Source: an uncultured Acidobacteriota bacterium (lineage in GTDB: Bacteria > Actinomycetota > Acidimicrobiia > Spongiisociales > ZC4RG35). Taken from it: a stretch of DNA of 64,000 nucleotides. Positions 1 to 9,174 of the stretch are shown one piece after another. The position numbers were made by a program, and so were the translations under genes. The stretch is from contig CAWKEI010000010.1 of assembly GCA_963848695.1 (NCBI GenBank), forward strand, positions 160,514 to 224,513. Direction: 5' to 3'. Each line of letters starts with the position of its first letter. The stretch's first letter is position 1. The notes below the pieces were generated by a model. It was not told the DNA's origin, made no database searches, and worked only from the letters and a program-made list of their open reading frames with translations.

Positions 1-1052
1 CCGCGATCGACGCGATTCCGTTCTTGTCGGATAGGTCCGTCCCGGCGGTATCGCTGGTGATCGCTTTCATCCTGGCGACCGGCGCGGCGATGGTCTTCGG
101 CGAGCTCGTGCCCAAGAACCTGGCCATCGCCCGGCCCTATTTCTCCGCCGTGTGGTTCGCCATCCCACTGCAAATGGTCAATCGGGTGCTTCGCCGACTC
201 ATCGTCTTCCTCAACGAATCGGCCAACTGGACCGTTCGCAAGCTCGGGATCGAGCCAAGGGAGGAGCTGGCCGCCGTCCGATCGATGGAAGAGCTCGAAT
301 TGATGATCCGCTCGTCTGGTGAGGAAGGTCGTCTCGACGACGACGAGCTCGCATTGCTAACCCGAGCCATCACCTTCACCGAGAAGGTCGCGGCCGATGC
401 GATGGTCCCCAGGGTGTCAGTTGTGGGTTTGAGCCGTCATGACTCGATCGGGGAGTTGCGCCGGACCTCGGCGGCGACCGGGCATTCCAGATTCCCGATC
501 TTCGAAGAGGATCTCGACGACATCGTCGGCGTCGTCCACGTCAAGGACAGTTTCAATGTGTCCGAGTCCCGGATACCGCTCACACCGGTCGGGGAGATTG
601 CAAAGACTGCTCTCCAGGTCCCTGAGTCGAGCACGCTGGAATACCTGCTCACCCAGCTGCAAACCACCGGGCGGGGGATGGCGGTGGTGGTCGACGAATA
701 CGGCGGCACGGCCGGGATCGTCACCATCGAAGACCTCCTCGAGGAGATCTTCGGGGAGATCGCGGACGAGTACGACGCCGAGGAGACGCCCGATGCAGAC
801 AAGGAGGAGATCGAGGTCCTATCGGGACTCTTGCATCGTCACGAGGTCGAGGAGCTGATCGGGTTCGAGTGGCCCGAGGGTCGATACGAGACGCTAGGTG
901 GTTTCCTGGTCGCCTCGTTGGGGCGATTTCCTCACGTTGGGGAGGTGATCCGGGCCGACGCAACCGCCTTCGAGGTGCTTTCTATGGACGGCCATCGGGT
1001 CGACCAGGTGCGGGTCACCAGGGACTCCGCCCGGCAAGGTGAAAGCACATGA
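1..1052 (+). CDS. CNNM/DUF21-CBS-CorC_HlyC family protein (hemolysin-like divalent cation transporter); 5' end probably outside window
   Basis: ORF 24..1052, frame open to window edge. 'GELVPKNLA' marks the end of the DUF21 membrane part, followed by a CBS pair region and a C-terminal 'YETLGGFLV..LGRFP..GE' CorC_HlyC-like motif. Stop overlaps next start (ATGA). Confidence 0.85.
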   Translation, partial: AIDAIPFLSDRSVPAVSLVIAFILATGAAMVFGELVPKNLAIARPYFSAVWFAIPLQMVNRVLRRLIVFLNESANWTVRKLGIEPREELAAVRSMEELELMIRSSGEEGRLDDDELALLTRAITFTEKVAADAMVPRVSVVGLSRHDSIGELRRTSAATGHSRFPIFEEDLDDIVGVVHVKDSFNVSESRIPLTPVGEIAKTALQVPESSTLEYLLTQLQTTGRGMAVVVDEYGGTAGIVTIEDLLEEIFGEIADEYDAEETPDADKEEIEVLSGLLHRHEVEELIGFEWPEGRYETLGGFLVASLGRFPHVGEVIRADATAFEVLSMDGHRVDQVRVTRDSARQGEST

Positions 1053-2335
1053 ACTGGCCCGCGCTCCTCTGGCTGGTCCTGCTCCTCCTCGCCAACGGGT
1101 TCTTCGTCGCCGCCGAATTCGCCTACATCACGGCCCGTCGGAATGTGCTCGAGCAGGTGCCCCGCCGGTCCGCCCAGGTGGCGGTGGGCTTGAACAAGAA
1201 CCTCACGCTCAGTCTTGCTGCAGCGCAACTGGGCATCACGATGGCATCTCTGGTGCTGGGCGCCGTGGCCGAGCCGGCCGTAGCCTCCATCTTCGAGCTG
1301 GGTCTTGGCTTCCTCCCCGTGTCCGAGAACGTGATTCACGGCATCTCACTCGTGATCGCGCTCCTCATCGTGGTCTTCCTCCACATGGTCGTGGGTGAGA
1401 TGGCGCCCAAGAACATCGCGATCTCTGCCCCGGAGCGAGTAGCCGTGGCCCTGGCACTTCCCTTCCGAGGCTTCATCCTCTTGTTCAAGCCCCTGATTGC
1501 GTTTCTCAATGGCAGCGCCAACTGGGTGCTCCGTCGCTTCCGGGTCCCTGCGATAGACGCTCTGGAGGTGGGTCACTCGGCTGAGGACCTCGCCGTGATA
1601 ATCGGCACCGGACGCAAGGAGGGGGTCATCGAGGACTTTGCCCACCGTCTGCTGACAGGCGCCATCATCTTCGGCGATCTCGACGCATCCGAGGTGATGG
1701 TCCCGAGACCTGACATCGTGGCCGTCCTCGCCGCTGCTCCGGTCCTCGATATCCAGGAGCTGATGCGGGCGACGGGGCACTCCCGTATTCCGCTCTATGC
1801 CGGTGACCTCGATGACATCGTCGGTCTGGTGCACGTCAAGGATCTGATGTCCGAAGAGATCGACCGGGATGAGCCCCTGCCGGCCTCGCTTCTGAGAGAG
1901 CCGCTGGTGGTCCCGGAGACCGCGCCGCTTCAGTCGGTGCTTGACGAGATGCGGCAGGCGCGCACTCATCTGGCCGTCGTGGTCGACGAGCACGGCAGCA
2001 CGGCAGGGATCATCACGATGGAGGACATCGCCGAAGAGCTCGTCGGCGAGATCTCCGATGAGCACGATCGAACCCAGCAGCTCGTGTCCGTGGAGCCGAC
2101 GGGGCGCATCGTCGCCGCGGGGTCTGTGCGCCCCGACGAGCTTTTGCGCTACGGGGTGAGGCTTCCGACGGGCGACTACGAGACCATCGGTGGCCTGGTC
2201 ATGGACCGATTGGGGCGGCTGCCCCGGCGCGGCGACGTCATCGAGGACCTGGGTTGGAGACTGCGGGTCCGCAGCACCGATGGTCGGAGGGTCGGTCAGG
2301 TCGAGATAACGCCCGCGGATGGGGACACGCCCTGA
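1049..2335 (+). CDS. CNNM/DUF21-CBS-CorC_HlyC family protein (paralog of upstream gene)
   Basis: 428 aa. N-terminal DUF21 with 'GEMAPKNIA', CBS pair, 'YETIGGLVMDRLGRLPRRGD' CorC_HlyC motif. Confidence 0.9.
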   Translation: MNWPALLWLVLLLLANGFFVAAEFAYITARRNVLEQVPRRSAQVAVGLNKNLTLSLAAAQLGITMASLVLGAVAEPAVASIFELGLGFLPVSENVIHGISLVIALLIVVFLHMVVGEMAPKNIAISAPERVAVALALPFRGFILLFKPLIAFLNGSANWVLRRFRVPAIDALEVGHSAEDLAVIIGTGRKEGVIEDFAHRLLTGAIIFGDLDASEVMVPRPDIVAVLAAAPVLDIQELMRATGHSRIPLYAGDLDDIVGLVHVKDLMSEEIDRDEPLPASLLREPLVVPETAPLQSVLDEMRQARTHLAVVVDEHGSTAGIITMEDIAEELVGEISDEHDRTQQLVSVEPTGRIVAAGSVRPDELLRYGVRLPTGDYETIGGLVMDRLGRLPRRGDVIEDLGWRLRVRSTDGRRVGQVEITPADGDTP

Positions 2336-2346
2336 CGGGCCGCCCT

Positions 2347-2613
2347 CTAGTTGGATCGTCCGACGACGTAGCCGAGGAGGAGGCCACCGACGGCGGCCCA
2401 GACCAGGGAGAACCCATCTCCGACCGAGGCGAAGACGGCGGGGGCGCCGGCGATCCTCATGATGGCCGACCCAGCGATCCCACCGATTATCCCGATGAGA
2501 ATCGCACCGATGAGGTTGTCGGCGCTGGCGATGAATCCGGCGATCAGACCCGCCACGCCACCAACCGCGCCGGCGATGGCCAGGGCTTGCCAGGTGGAGG
2601 CGTCTAGGAACAT
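2347..2613 (-). CDS. GlsB/YeaQ/YmgE family small membrane (transglycosylase-associated) protein
   Basis: 88 aa, Gly/Ala/Ile-rich with three TM-like segments ('GIIGGIAGSAIM', 'GGLLLGYVVG'), typical of this family. Confidence 0.75.
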   Translation of the reverse strand: MFLDASTWQALAIAGAVGGVAGLIAGFIASADNLIGAILIGIIGGIAGSAIMRIAGAPAVFASVGDGFSLVWAAVGGLLLGYVVGRSN

Positions 2614-2659
2614 GGTGGCAGACCGTAGGGAAGCGAAGCCCCGGGCGCCATGGTGCGTC

Positions 2660-2836
2660 TCAGGCGGAGATGACCTTTTCCTCGACGACCGCGGTCTTGG
2701 GGAACTGAACCGATCGGCCCGCCATGCTGAAGGGCTCGGTCAGCATCAACACGATCGTCGATGGCCCGCGTGAGACCACGTGGCCGGTGAAGGTGTGGAA
2801 TCCGTCTTGATCTTGGGTTATGAAAGTAACAACCAT
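2660..2836 (-). CDS. small hypothetical protein (58 aa from ATG; 60 aa from TTG at 2842)
   Basis: ORF only, no recognisable motif. GC3-rich after the first ~12 codons and divergent from the response regulator gene. Confidence 0.3.
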   Translation of the reverse strand: MVVTFITQDQDGFHTFTGHVVSRGPSTIVLMLTEPFSMAGRSVQFPKTAVVEEKVISA

Positions 2837-2970
2837 TTGCAAAGTATCCGACTCACATCATCGTCAATACGTTTCACTATCAGTTGGGTCGCTGGACCCA
2901 TACTTGTATGGATCATCGGTGACCTCTGGTTTATCAGTTCGTTACCCGCGGCCCCTTAGCTTGGAGAGAA

Positions 2971-3646
2971 GTGCGTCTGTTAGTCGTCGAAGATGAGCCT
3001 GATCTGGCCAATGCCGTAGCGCGCTGGCCTCCGTCGTGATGGTCATGCCGTGGATACTGCCCTCACCGTGGGCGATGCCGACATCAAGCTCCGCACCGCC
3101 AGCTATGACCTGGTGTGTCTGGACTGGAGCCTCCCAGATGGCTCCGGCATCGATCTGTGCCGTCGGCTGGTGAGTGGCGAGCTTCCCACCCTCGAAGGGG
3201 AGCGTCCGCGGATCTTGATGCTCACGGCACGCGATGGTGTCGAAGACCGGGTGACCGGCCTCGATTCCGGCGCCGATGACTATTTGGTCAAGCCCTTTGC
3301 CTTCGCCGAGTTGTCGGCCCGAGTTCGCGCCCTGCTCCGCAGGGACGAAGGCAACGACCCGGTCCTCGACGTGGGCCCGCTGCGACTGGATCCGGCTCGG
3401 TTCCAGGCGAGCCGGGACGGCGAGCCGCTCGACCTCACCGCGAAGGAGTTCTCCCTGCTCCACTACTTCATGTCACACGCCGGCCACGTCCTCAGCCAGG
3501 AACACCTACTCGAGCACGTCTGGGATGAGATGGCCGATCCCATGACCAACGTCGTCAGAGTCACAGTGAGCAACCTTCGCAAGAAGCTCGGCGATCCGCC
3601 CCTGATCGCCACCGTGCCCGGCCGCGGCTACAGGCTGGGGGAGTGA
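2971..3646 (+). pseudogene. OmpR/PhoB-family response regulator (MprA-like), reading frame broken by one extra nucleotide near 3025
   Basis: GTG at 2971 gives 'MRLLVVEDEPDLANAVAR' and then stops at 3037-3039. The +1 frame continues 'GLRRDGHAVDTALTVGDA..YDLVCLDWSLPDGSG..' through a winged-helix C-terminus ('TVPGRGYRL'). The ORF-track start at 3050 would lack the beta1 strand and acidic pocket. Confidence 0.8.
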
Positions 3647-4797
3647 TGCAGGCCAGGAACTCGATCCGGTTCCGCCTCTCGGTTCAGTACTCGGCCATCG
3701 TCTTCGGGCTCGGGGGCGCGCTCCTCGGCCTCGTCTACATGGCCCTGAGGAACTGGCTCCGCGCCCAGACCATGACCCAATACGTGTGGTCGGGCCGACC
3801 GGTCATTCAGGACGGTGTCCAGATCGGTGTGATCCCCAGCCTCGCCGCACGTGAGGTCAGGATGATCGAATCGGTCTACAGCGAGATCGTCCTCAATGAG
3901 GTGGCGAAGGCCACGATCCTCGCTCTGGTCGCACTCTTCCTCTTGAGCATCGTGGTCGGGTGGGTGATGTCGGGGCGGGTCCTGAGACCGGTCAAGGAAA
4001 TCACCGCTGTCGCCCGCGAGATCCAGGCGTCCGACCTGAGTCGTCGTATCGGTCTCACCGGTCCCGACGACGAGATCACCCAGCTCGCCGCCACGTTCGA
4101 TGGGATGCTGGAGCGGCTCGACCGGGCTTTCTCCAGCCAGCGACGGTTCCTGGCCGACACCAGCCACGATCTGAGGACGCCTCTGGCCGTCATTCGGTCC
4201 AATGTCGAGGTGGTCGAGGATGACGAGAAGGCCACGGTGTCGGACTGGCGCGAGGTGGGCGGCATCGTGCGGCGCAATGCAGAGAAGATGTCGGAGATGA
4301 TCGATGGGCTTCTCGCCACCGCACGTCTACAGGCTGGCAAGGCGCAGGCAGTTGCTCTGAACCTGGCAGACCTGGTCGAGGCCAAGACGGCCGAGTTGGG
4401 CAAGACGTTGGCCGAGCGAGGAATCGTGCTCGAGAGCCAGGCATCTCCCGCCTTCATCGAAGGCGTCGCCGTCGCCATCGATCGCGCTTTCACCAACCTC
4501 CTCGACAATGCCATAAGCGTCTCGGGACCGGGTTCGCGGATCCGGATCGGGGCCGGCGTCAGCGGAGATTGGGCGTGGATGGCCGTCGCTGATCAGGGCC
4601 CTGGGCTTCCCGAGGAGCCTGAGGGCGGCCGCATCGGGTTTGGCCTCTCGATCGTGGAGCAGATCGCTCAGGGCCATGAGGGCGCCCTGGTCTCCTCGAT
4701 CGGTCTCGACGGAATGGGCACCACGATGACCATCTGGCTCCCGACGACCGGAGCCGAGGGACCGCCGCCTGATTTCACTCCCTTTACGAACGATTGA
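3643..4797 (+). CDS. sensor histidine kinase (2 TM, HAMP, HisKA, HATPase_c), MprB-like
   Basis: H-box 'FLADTSHDLRTPLAVI', N-box 'NLLDNAI', G-box 'DQGPGL'. GTGA overlap with the regulator stop. Confidence 0.9.
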   Translation: MMQARNSIRFRLSVQYSAIVFGLGGALLGLVYMALRNWLRAQTMTQYVWSGRPVIQDGVQIGVIPSLAAREVRMIESVYSEIVLNEVAKATILALVALFLLSIVVGWVMSGRVLRPVKEITAVAREIQASDLSRRIGLTGPDDEITQLAATFDGMLERLDRAFSSQRRFLADTSHDLRTPLAVIRSNVEVVEDDEKATVSDWREVGGIVRRNAEKMSEMIDGLLATARLQAGKAQAVALNLADLVEAKTAELGKTLAERGIVLESQASPAFIEGVAVAIDRAFTNLLDNAISVSGPGSRIRIGAGVSGDWAWMAVADQGPGLPEEPEGGRIGFGLSIVEQIAQGHEGALVSSIGLDGMGTTMTIWLPTTGAEGPPPDFTPFTND

Positions 4798-4840
4798 TCT
4801 TCGGCCTCATACGTTTGGGGTCTGCCAGGAGGTTTTAGCG

Positions 4841-6124
4841 ATGACCAATGAGGAAATGACCGGGCGTTCAGGCCCAGTCGCGAGCGAGGAGAGCCCGGTG
4901 AGCACAGAGAGCCCGGCTCCACTGGGCAGCCTTGCCACGGAGGCACCGGTGACCGCGGACACCCTGGAGTCGCCGCAGCCGGCACCAGCCACCCCACCCA
5001 CCAGTACCGCCCAGGCGGCGCAGACACCGCCGACAATTCCCGCCCAGCCGGCGAAGACCTCGCAACCTGGGCGCGTCTCGCCATGGCTGGTCGCCTTCCT
5101 GGCGTTGTTGCTGGTCGTGGGCTCTTCTGCAGCCACCTATCTCATCACCACGATCGACTCCGATGACGAGGTAGCGGCAGAAGGCACGGCCCAGCCCGGA
5201 TCTGACGAGGGAGAGCAGCCGGCCGCCTCGGGCGACGAGCTGGTCCCAGGCGAGGAGCCGGTTGCCGATGCTGCCGCAGTCATCCTCCCCTCAGTGGTGC
5301 AGATCCAGACGGGCGGCGGCGGCGTTGGGTCCGGCGTCATCTACGACTCGAGCGGATTGATCCTCACGGCGGCGCATGTCGTCGAGGGCGCCGACACCGT
5401 CACAGTTCGCTTTGCCGACGGTGAGCAGGTCGAGGGAGCCGTCGTCGGTGGCACCACCGGTGCCGATGTCGCCGTGGTCCAAGTGGACCGCGCCGATCTC
5501 CCCGCCGCCGAGCTCGCGCTCGATGATCAGCCCCAGGTCGGGCAGATGGCGATTGCCGTCGGCAGCCCATGGGGTCTCCAGGGCACCGTTACCTCCGGCA
5601 TCATCTCCGCAGTCGACCAGGCCATTCCTCAAGGCGACAATTCGGCCAGAGCGGTGCTTCAGACAGATGCCGCGATCAATCCGGGCAACTCAGGTGGCCC
5701 ACTGGTCGATCGCGAGGGCCGGGTGATCGGCATCAATGTCTCCATCTTCAGCCTCTCCGGTGCCAATGACGGGGTGGGCTTCGCGGTCCCGATCGACGTG
5801 GCCCATGACATCGCCGAGCGCGTGGTCGCTGGTGAGGAAATCGAGAGTGCGTATCTCGGCGTCTCGTTGGGTGAGATCGAGTCCGGGCGAGCCGGTGCTC
5901 TCATCGCAGAGGTCACGGAGGACAGCGCTGCCGACGAGGCAGGGCTCCAGGTCGATGACATCGTCATCTCCATCGATGGGGCTCCGGTGCAAGGTGGAGG
6001 CGACCTCGCCGCACAGGTCGTCACCCACCAGCCCGGCGACACTGTGGATCTCGTGGTCGTCCGTGATGGCGAAGAGGTCACGATCCCGGTGACGCTCGGG
6101 GAGCGCCCAGCCGACGTCGGCTGA
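4841..6124 (+). CDS. HtrA/DegP-family trypsin-like serine protease with PDZ domain (PepD-like)
   Basis: 'LTAAHVV' (His), 'GNSGGPLVD' (Ser), C-terminal PDZ 'GLQVDDIVISIDGAPV'. Pro/Thr-rich N-terminus followed by a TM segment. Confidence 0.9.
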   Translation: MTNEEMTGRSGPVASEESPVSTESPAPLGSLATEAPVTADTLESPQPAPATPPTSTAQAAQTPPTIPAQPAKTSQPGRVSPWLVAFLALLLVVGSSAATYLITTIDSDDEVAAEGTAQPGSDEGEQPAASGDELVPGEEPVADAAAVILPSVVQIQTGGGGVGSGVIYDSSGLILTAAHVVEGADTVTVRFADGEQVEGAVVGGTTGADVAVVQVDRADLPAAELALDDQPQVGQMAIAVGSPWGLQGTVTSGIISAVDQAIPQGDNSARAVLQTDAAINPGNSGGPLVDREGRVIGINVSIFSLSGANDGVGFAVPIDVAHDIAERVVAGEEIESAYLGVSLGEIESGRAGALIAEVTEDSAADEAGLQVDDIVISIDGAPVQGGGDLAAQVVTHQPGDTVDLVVVRDGEEVTIPVTLGERPADVG

Positions 6125-6139
6125 CCAAGACCTCCTCCC

Positions 6140-6170
6140 GGTGGGCCCGGCTATGCTGGCCGGGCCCACC
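6140..6170 (+). terminator. hairpin after the htrA-like gene
   Basis: Perfect 11-bp inverted repeat ggtgggcccgg / ccgggcccacc with a 9-nt loop. The downstream tail is only weakly T-rich. Confidence 0.5.
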
Positions 6171-6171
6171 G

Positions 6172-6374
6172 CCTTGTGGTGGGTGCCCCGGAGGCAGCGA
6201 AGCCGGTTAGACCCCGGTGCTGTCCCGCAACTGTGAAGCCCCCGCGATCAAGACATTGCAGGGGGACGAGCCAGGTCGCCTGTTCTCCAGGGCCACGACG
6301 AAAGTCTCGGATGAAGACGGAAGCGTGGGCTCAGGGAAGCCACCGGCCTCTTCATCCTCCGATAACGGAGGATG
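6172..6374 (+). promoter_or_regulatory. cobalamin (B12) riboswitch with translational expression platform
   Basis: Core 'ggtgc..ggaggcagcgaagccggt..gaccccggtgctgtcccgcaactgtgaagc' and B12-box-like 'gagccaggtcgcctg'. Mutually exclusive helices: ggatgaaga(6309-6317)/tcttcatcc(6350-6358) versus catcctcc(6353-6360)/ggaggatg(6367-6374), the latter covering the SD and first ATG. Confidence 0.75.
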
Positions 6375-6380
6375 TTTCAT

Positions 6381-7361
6381 ATGAGAAGGATCACCCTGAT
6401 CCTCACCCTGCTGGCCCTTGTCGCTTGCGGAGCGACGGCGGAGAGCACCAGCACGACCGCCGACGCGGCAGCCGAAACCACCACGACGGCAGCGCCTGAC
6501 CCGACTACCACAACGGCACCTGACACCACCACGACCGTGGCTTTTCCCGTTGAGGTGACCGACGCCAATGGCGCGGTCACCATCGAGGCCATGCCCGAAA
6601 GGATCGTGTCGCTCTCTTCTACCGGGACGGAGATGCTGTTCGCCATCGGCGCCGGCGAACAAGTAGTTGCCGTCGATGAGTTCTCCACCTATCCGGCCGA
6701 GGCACCCATCACCGATCTCTCCGGTTTCACTCCGAATATCGAGGCGATCGTCGGGTATGAGCCTGACCTGGTGGTCATCTCGTTCGACCCGGGTGAGCTG
6801 GTCGCCGGTCTGGAGGCGGTTGGCGTTCCAACGCTCCTCCTGCCGACGGCGCTCAGCCTCGACGACTCCTACAGCCAGCTGGAGGTGCTTGGCGCGGCCA
6901 CGGGACACATAGGTGAGGCGGCGGAGGTCGTGGCGCAGATGCAGGCCGACATCGACGAGATCGTGGCGACGACCACCATCCCGGCGGGTGTGACGTTCTA
7001 TCACGAGGTCGATGCCACGTTCTTCTCGGCATCATCGAACAGCTTCCTCGGCCAGATCTACTCGCTGCTCGGTCTCACCAACATCGCCGACGAGGCCGAC
7101 ACCGACGGGAGCGGTTTCCCCCAACTCTCCTCTGAGTACATCGTGAGTCAGGACCCTGACCTCATTTATCTGGCCGACGTCGACTTCGGGGTCACGCCCG
7201 AGAGTCTGAGCGAGCGTCCCGGGTGGGCAGAGATGACGGCAGTCCAGAACGGAGCCATCGTCCCGCTCGACTCCTATCTCGCCTCCAACTGGGGCCCCCG
7301 AGTCGTCGAGTTGCTCGAGGTGATCGCCGAGTCCGTGACAGGGCTAGTGCCCGCTTCTTGA
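6381..7361 (+). CDS. ABC transporter periplasmic-binding lipoprotein, BtuF/FecB (cluster A-II) type
   Basis: Lipobox 'LLALVACG', Thr-rich linker, 'IVSLSSTGTEMLFAIGAGEQVVAV' typical of the BtuF/FepB fold. ATG at 6381 is better spaced from the SD than 6372. Confidence 0.85.
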   Translation: MRRITLILTLLALVACGATAESTSTTADAAAETTTTAAPDPTTTTAPDTTTTVAFPVEVTDANGAVTIEAMPERIVSLSSTGTEMLFAIGAGEQVVAVDEFSTYPAEAPITDLSGFTPNIEAIVGYEPDLVVISFDPGELVAGLEAVGVPTLLLPTALSLDDSYSQLEVLGAATGHIGEAAEVVAQMQADIDEIVATTTIPAGVTFYHEVDATFFSASSNSFLGQIYSLLGLTNIADEADTDGSGFPQLSSEYIVSQDPDLIYLADVDFGVTPESLSERPGWAEMTAVQNGAIVPLDSYLASNWGPRVVELLEVIAESVTGLVPAS

Positions 7362-8401
7362 GGACCTTGCCGGCACCGCCCGTGATCGCCCCAGCTCGGG
7401 TGGGCGCCGGGCGGTGGCTGGTAGCGGCCGTTCTCCTCGTCGTGGCGGTGATGGCCGGGCTTCTTGTCGGTTCGGTGGCTTTGTCACCTGGCGACGTGAT
7501 CAGGGCCCTGGCCGATCAACTCCCGTTCCTGGAGGTCAGCCACGGTCTGACCGAGGTCGAGACCAGGCTGCTGTTCGAGCTGAGGATGCCCCGGGTCGTG
7601 ATGGGAGGTCTCGTGGGTGCGGTGCTGGCGGTGGCCGGTGCCGGATACCAGGGTGTCTTTCGCAACCCGCTCGCCGATCCGTATCTCCTCGGGGTTGCGG
7701 CCGGGGCAGGCTTAGGGGCGACGGTCGTGATCGGTCTCGACGGCGGATCGGCGGCGATACCCATCGTGGCCTTCGTCGGTGGTTTGGCCGCAGTTGGTGC
7801 GACCTATGTCCTGAGCCGGACCGTCGGTGGTCGGACGACGACTTCGCTGATATTGGCCGGGGTCGCCGTGGCAGCCTTTGCCACGGCCATCCAGACCTTT
7901 CTGCTCCAACGCAACTACGAGAACCTGCGCGAGGTCTATTCGTGGATCCTGGGCCGGCTGGTGACCGTTGGCTGGGGCGAAGTGATGACTCTCCTCCCTT
8001 ACGCAGTCGTGGCCGCGAGCGTGCTCGTCGTCCTTCGCCGTCTCCTCGATGTGCTCGGACTGGGCGACGAAGAGGCTGCGGGTCTCGGTGTGGACGTGCT
8101 GCGAGTGCGCCGGCTGGTCGTGCTCGCGGCAACCCTGGCCACCGCGGCTGCGGTGAGTGTCAGCGGGCTGATCGCATTCGTAGGGATCATCGTGCCCCAT
8201 GCCATCCGATTGCTCACCGGTTGGAGCTACCGGGTCATCATCCCGCTGTCACTGGCATACGGGGCGGCATTTCTCATCGTGGCCGATCTCGGCGCCCGGA
8301 CGGTGATAGCCCCGGGCGAGCTCCCCATCGGCGTGGTGACCGCGTTCCTGGGCGCCCCCTTCTTCCTCCTGGTCCTCCGAACGATGCGGGGGTCCTCGTG
8401 A
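7358..8401 (+). CDS. FecCD/BtuC-family ABC permease
   Basis: Multi-TM with 'FRNPLADPYLLGV' and 'GIIVPH..R' FecCD signatures. TTG 7358 overlaps the upstream stop (GTG 7382 is an alternative). The ORF-track start 7223 overlaps the binding-protein gene. Confidence 0.85.
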   Translation: MRTLPAPPVIAPARVGAGRWLVAAVLLVVAVMAGLLVGSVALSPGDVIRALADQLPFLEVSHGLTEVETRLLFELRMPRVVMGGLVGAVLAVAGAGYQGVFRNPLADPYLLGVAAGAGLGATVVIGLDGGSAAIPIVAFVGGLAAVGATYVLSRTVGGRTTTSLILAGVAVAAFATAIQTFLLQRNYENLREVYSWILGRLVTVGWGEVMTLLPYAVVAASVLVVLRRLLDVLGLGDEEAAGLGVDVLRVRRLVVLAATLATAAAVSVSGLIAFVGIIVPHAIRLLTGWSYRVIIPLSLAYGAAFLIVADLGARTVIAPGELPIGVVTAFLGAPFFLLVLRTMRGSS

Positions 8402-9174
8402 TCTCCTGGCGCGATGTCTCTGTCTCCTTCAATGGTGTCACCGTCGTCGGGCCCGTGGATCTATCGGCGGGCGATGGGGAATGGATCGGGTTGATCGGTC
8501 CCAACGGGGCGGGGAAGTCGTCCCTGCTCAAGGCGGCGGTCGGAGTCGTCTCCCATGACGGGATCATCGAGGGCGGGGGAGCTGATCGGAAGGTGGGCAC
8601 GGACATCGCCTGGATGCCCCAACGGCCCTTGCTTCCTGACGAGATGAACGTGGCCAACTATGTGCTTCTCGGGCGGACACCCCATCTCGGATATCTCGGG
8701 TCAGAAAGCAGTCACGACCTGGACTCGGTGCAGCGAGCGATCGAACGCCTCGATCTGGTCGATCTCGCCGACCGTCCCCTTTCGACGCTCTCCGGGGGAG
8801 AGGCGCAGCGGGCCGTCCTCGCCCGAGCCCTGGCCCAGGAGGCTCCGGTCCTCCTCCTCGACGAGCCGACCTCGAGCCTCGACATAGGTCACGCCTTGGA
8901 AGTGCTCGAGATACTCGATGAATTGCGGCGGATCGATGGGCTGACTGTCGTAACCGCGCTCCACGACCTGACCATGGCCGGCCGTTTCGCGGACCGACTG
9001 GTGCTTCTCGACAAAGGTCATGTCGTCGCAGAGGGCAGCGCGGCGGCGGTCCTCACCGAAGAGAACCTCATCCCCAGCTACGGTCCGGGAATTCGTGTCG
9101 TGACCAATGGCGACGGCCCCACCGTGATCCCCACTCGGAGGCAGAGTGACAGATCCTCTCAGCCCGCCGACTGA
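8398..9174 (+). CDS. ABC transporter ATP-binding protein (BtuD/FecE type)
   Basis: Walker A 'GPNGAGKSS', signature 'LSGGE', Walker B 'LLLDEPTS'. GTGA overlap with the permease stop. The long upstream part of ORF 7414..9174 is an Arg/Gly-rich artefact. Confidence 0.9.
   Translation: MISWRDVSVSFNGVTVVGPVDLSAGDGEWIGLIGPNGAGKSSLLKAAVGVVSHDGIIEGGGADRKVGTDIAWMPQRPLLPDEMNVANYVLLGRTPHLGYLGSESSHDLDSVQRAIERLDLVDLADRPLSTLSGGEAQRAVLARALAQEAPVLLLDEPTSSLDIGHALEVLEILDELRRIDGLTVVTALHDLTMAGRFADRLVLLDKGHVVAEGSAAAVLTEENLIPSYGPGIRVVTNGDGPTVIPTRRQSDRSSQPAD

Noticed and set aside
3025-3025. Programmed ribosomal frameshifting as an explanation for the six broken genes.
   Set aside because: There are no slippery heptamers or stimulatory structures at the sites. 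The affected families (RlmN, GGT, M23, LLM, MFS, OmpR-type RR) are not known to use recoding. Mixed +1/-1 lesions fit indel errors or decay.
7414-8397. Long N-terminal extensions and long antisense ORFs. Examples: 7414..8397 of ORF 7414..9174, 14744..16090(-), 23744..25336(-), 28252..29793(-), 51692..52873(-), 57302..58681(-), 26220..27356(-), 30912..31931 upstream part, 45983..47431 upstream part.
   Set aside because: Their Arg/Pro/Gly-rich composition is typical of off-frame translation in high-GC DNA. Each overlaps a gene with clear conserved motifs on the other strand or frame, and none has a recognisable motif.
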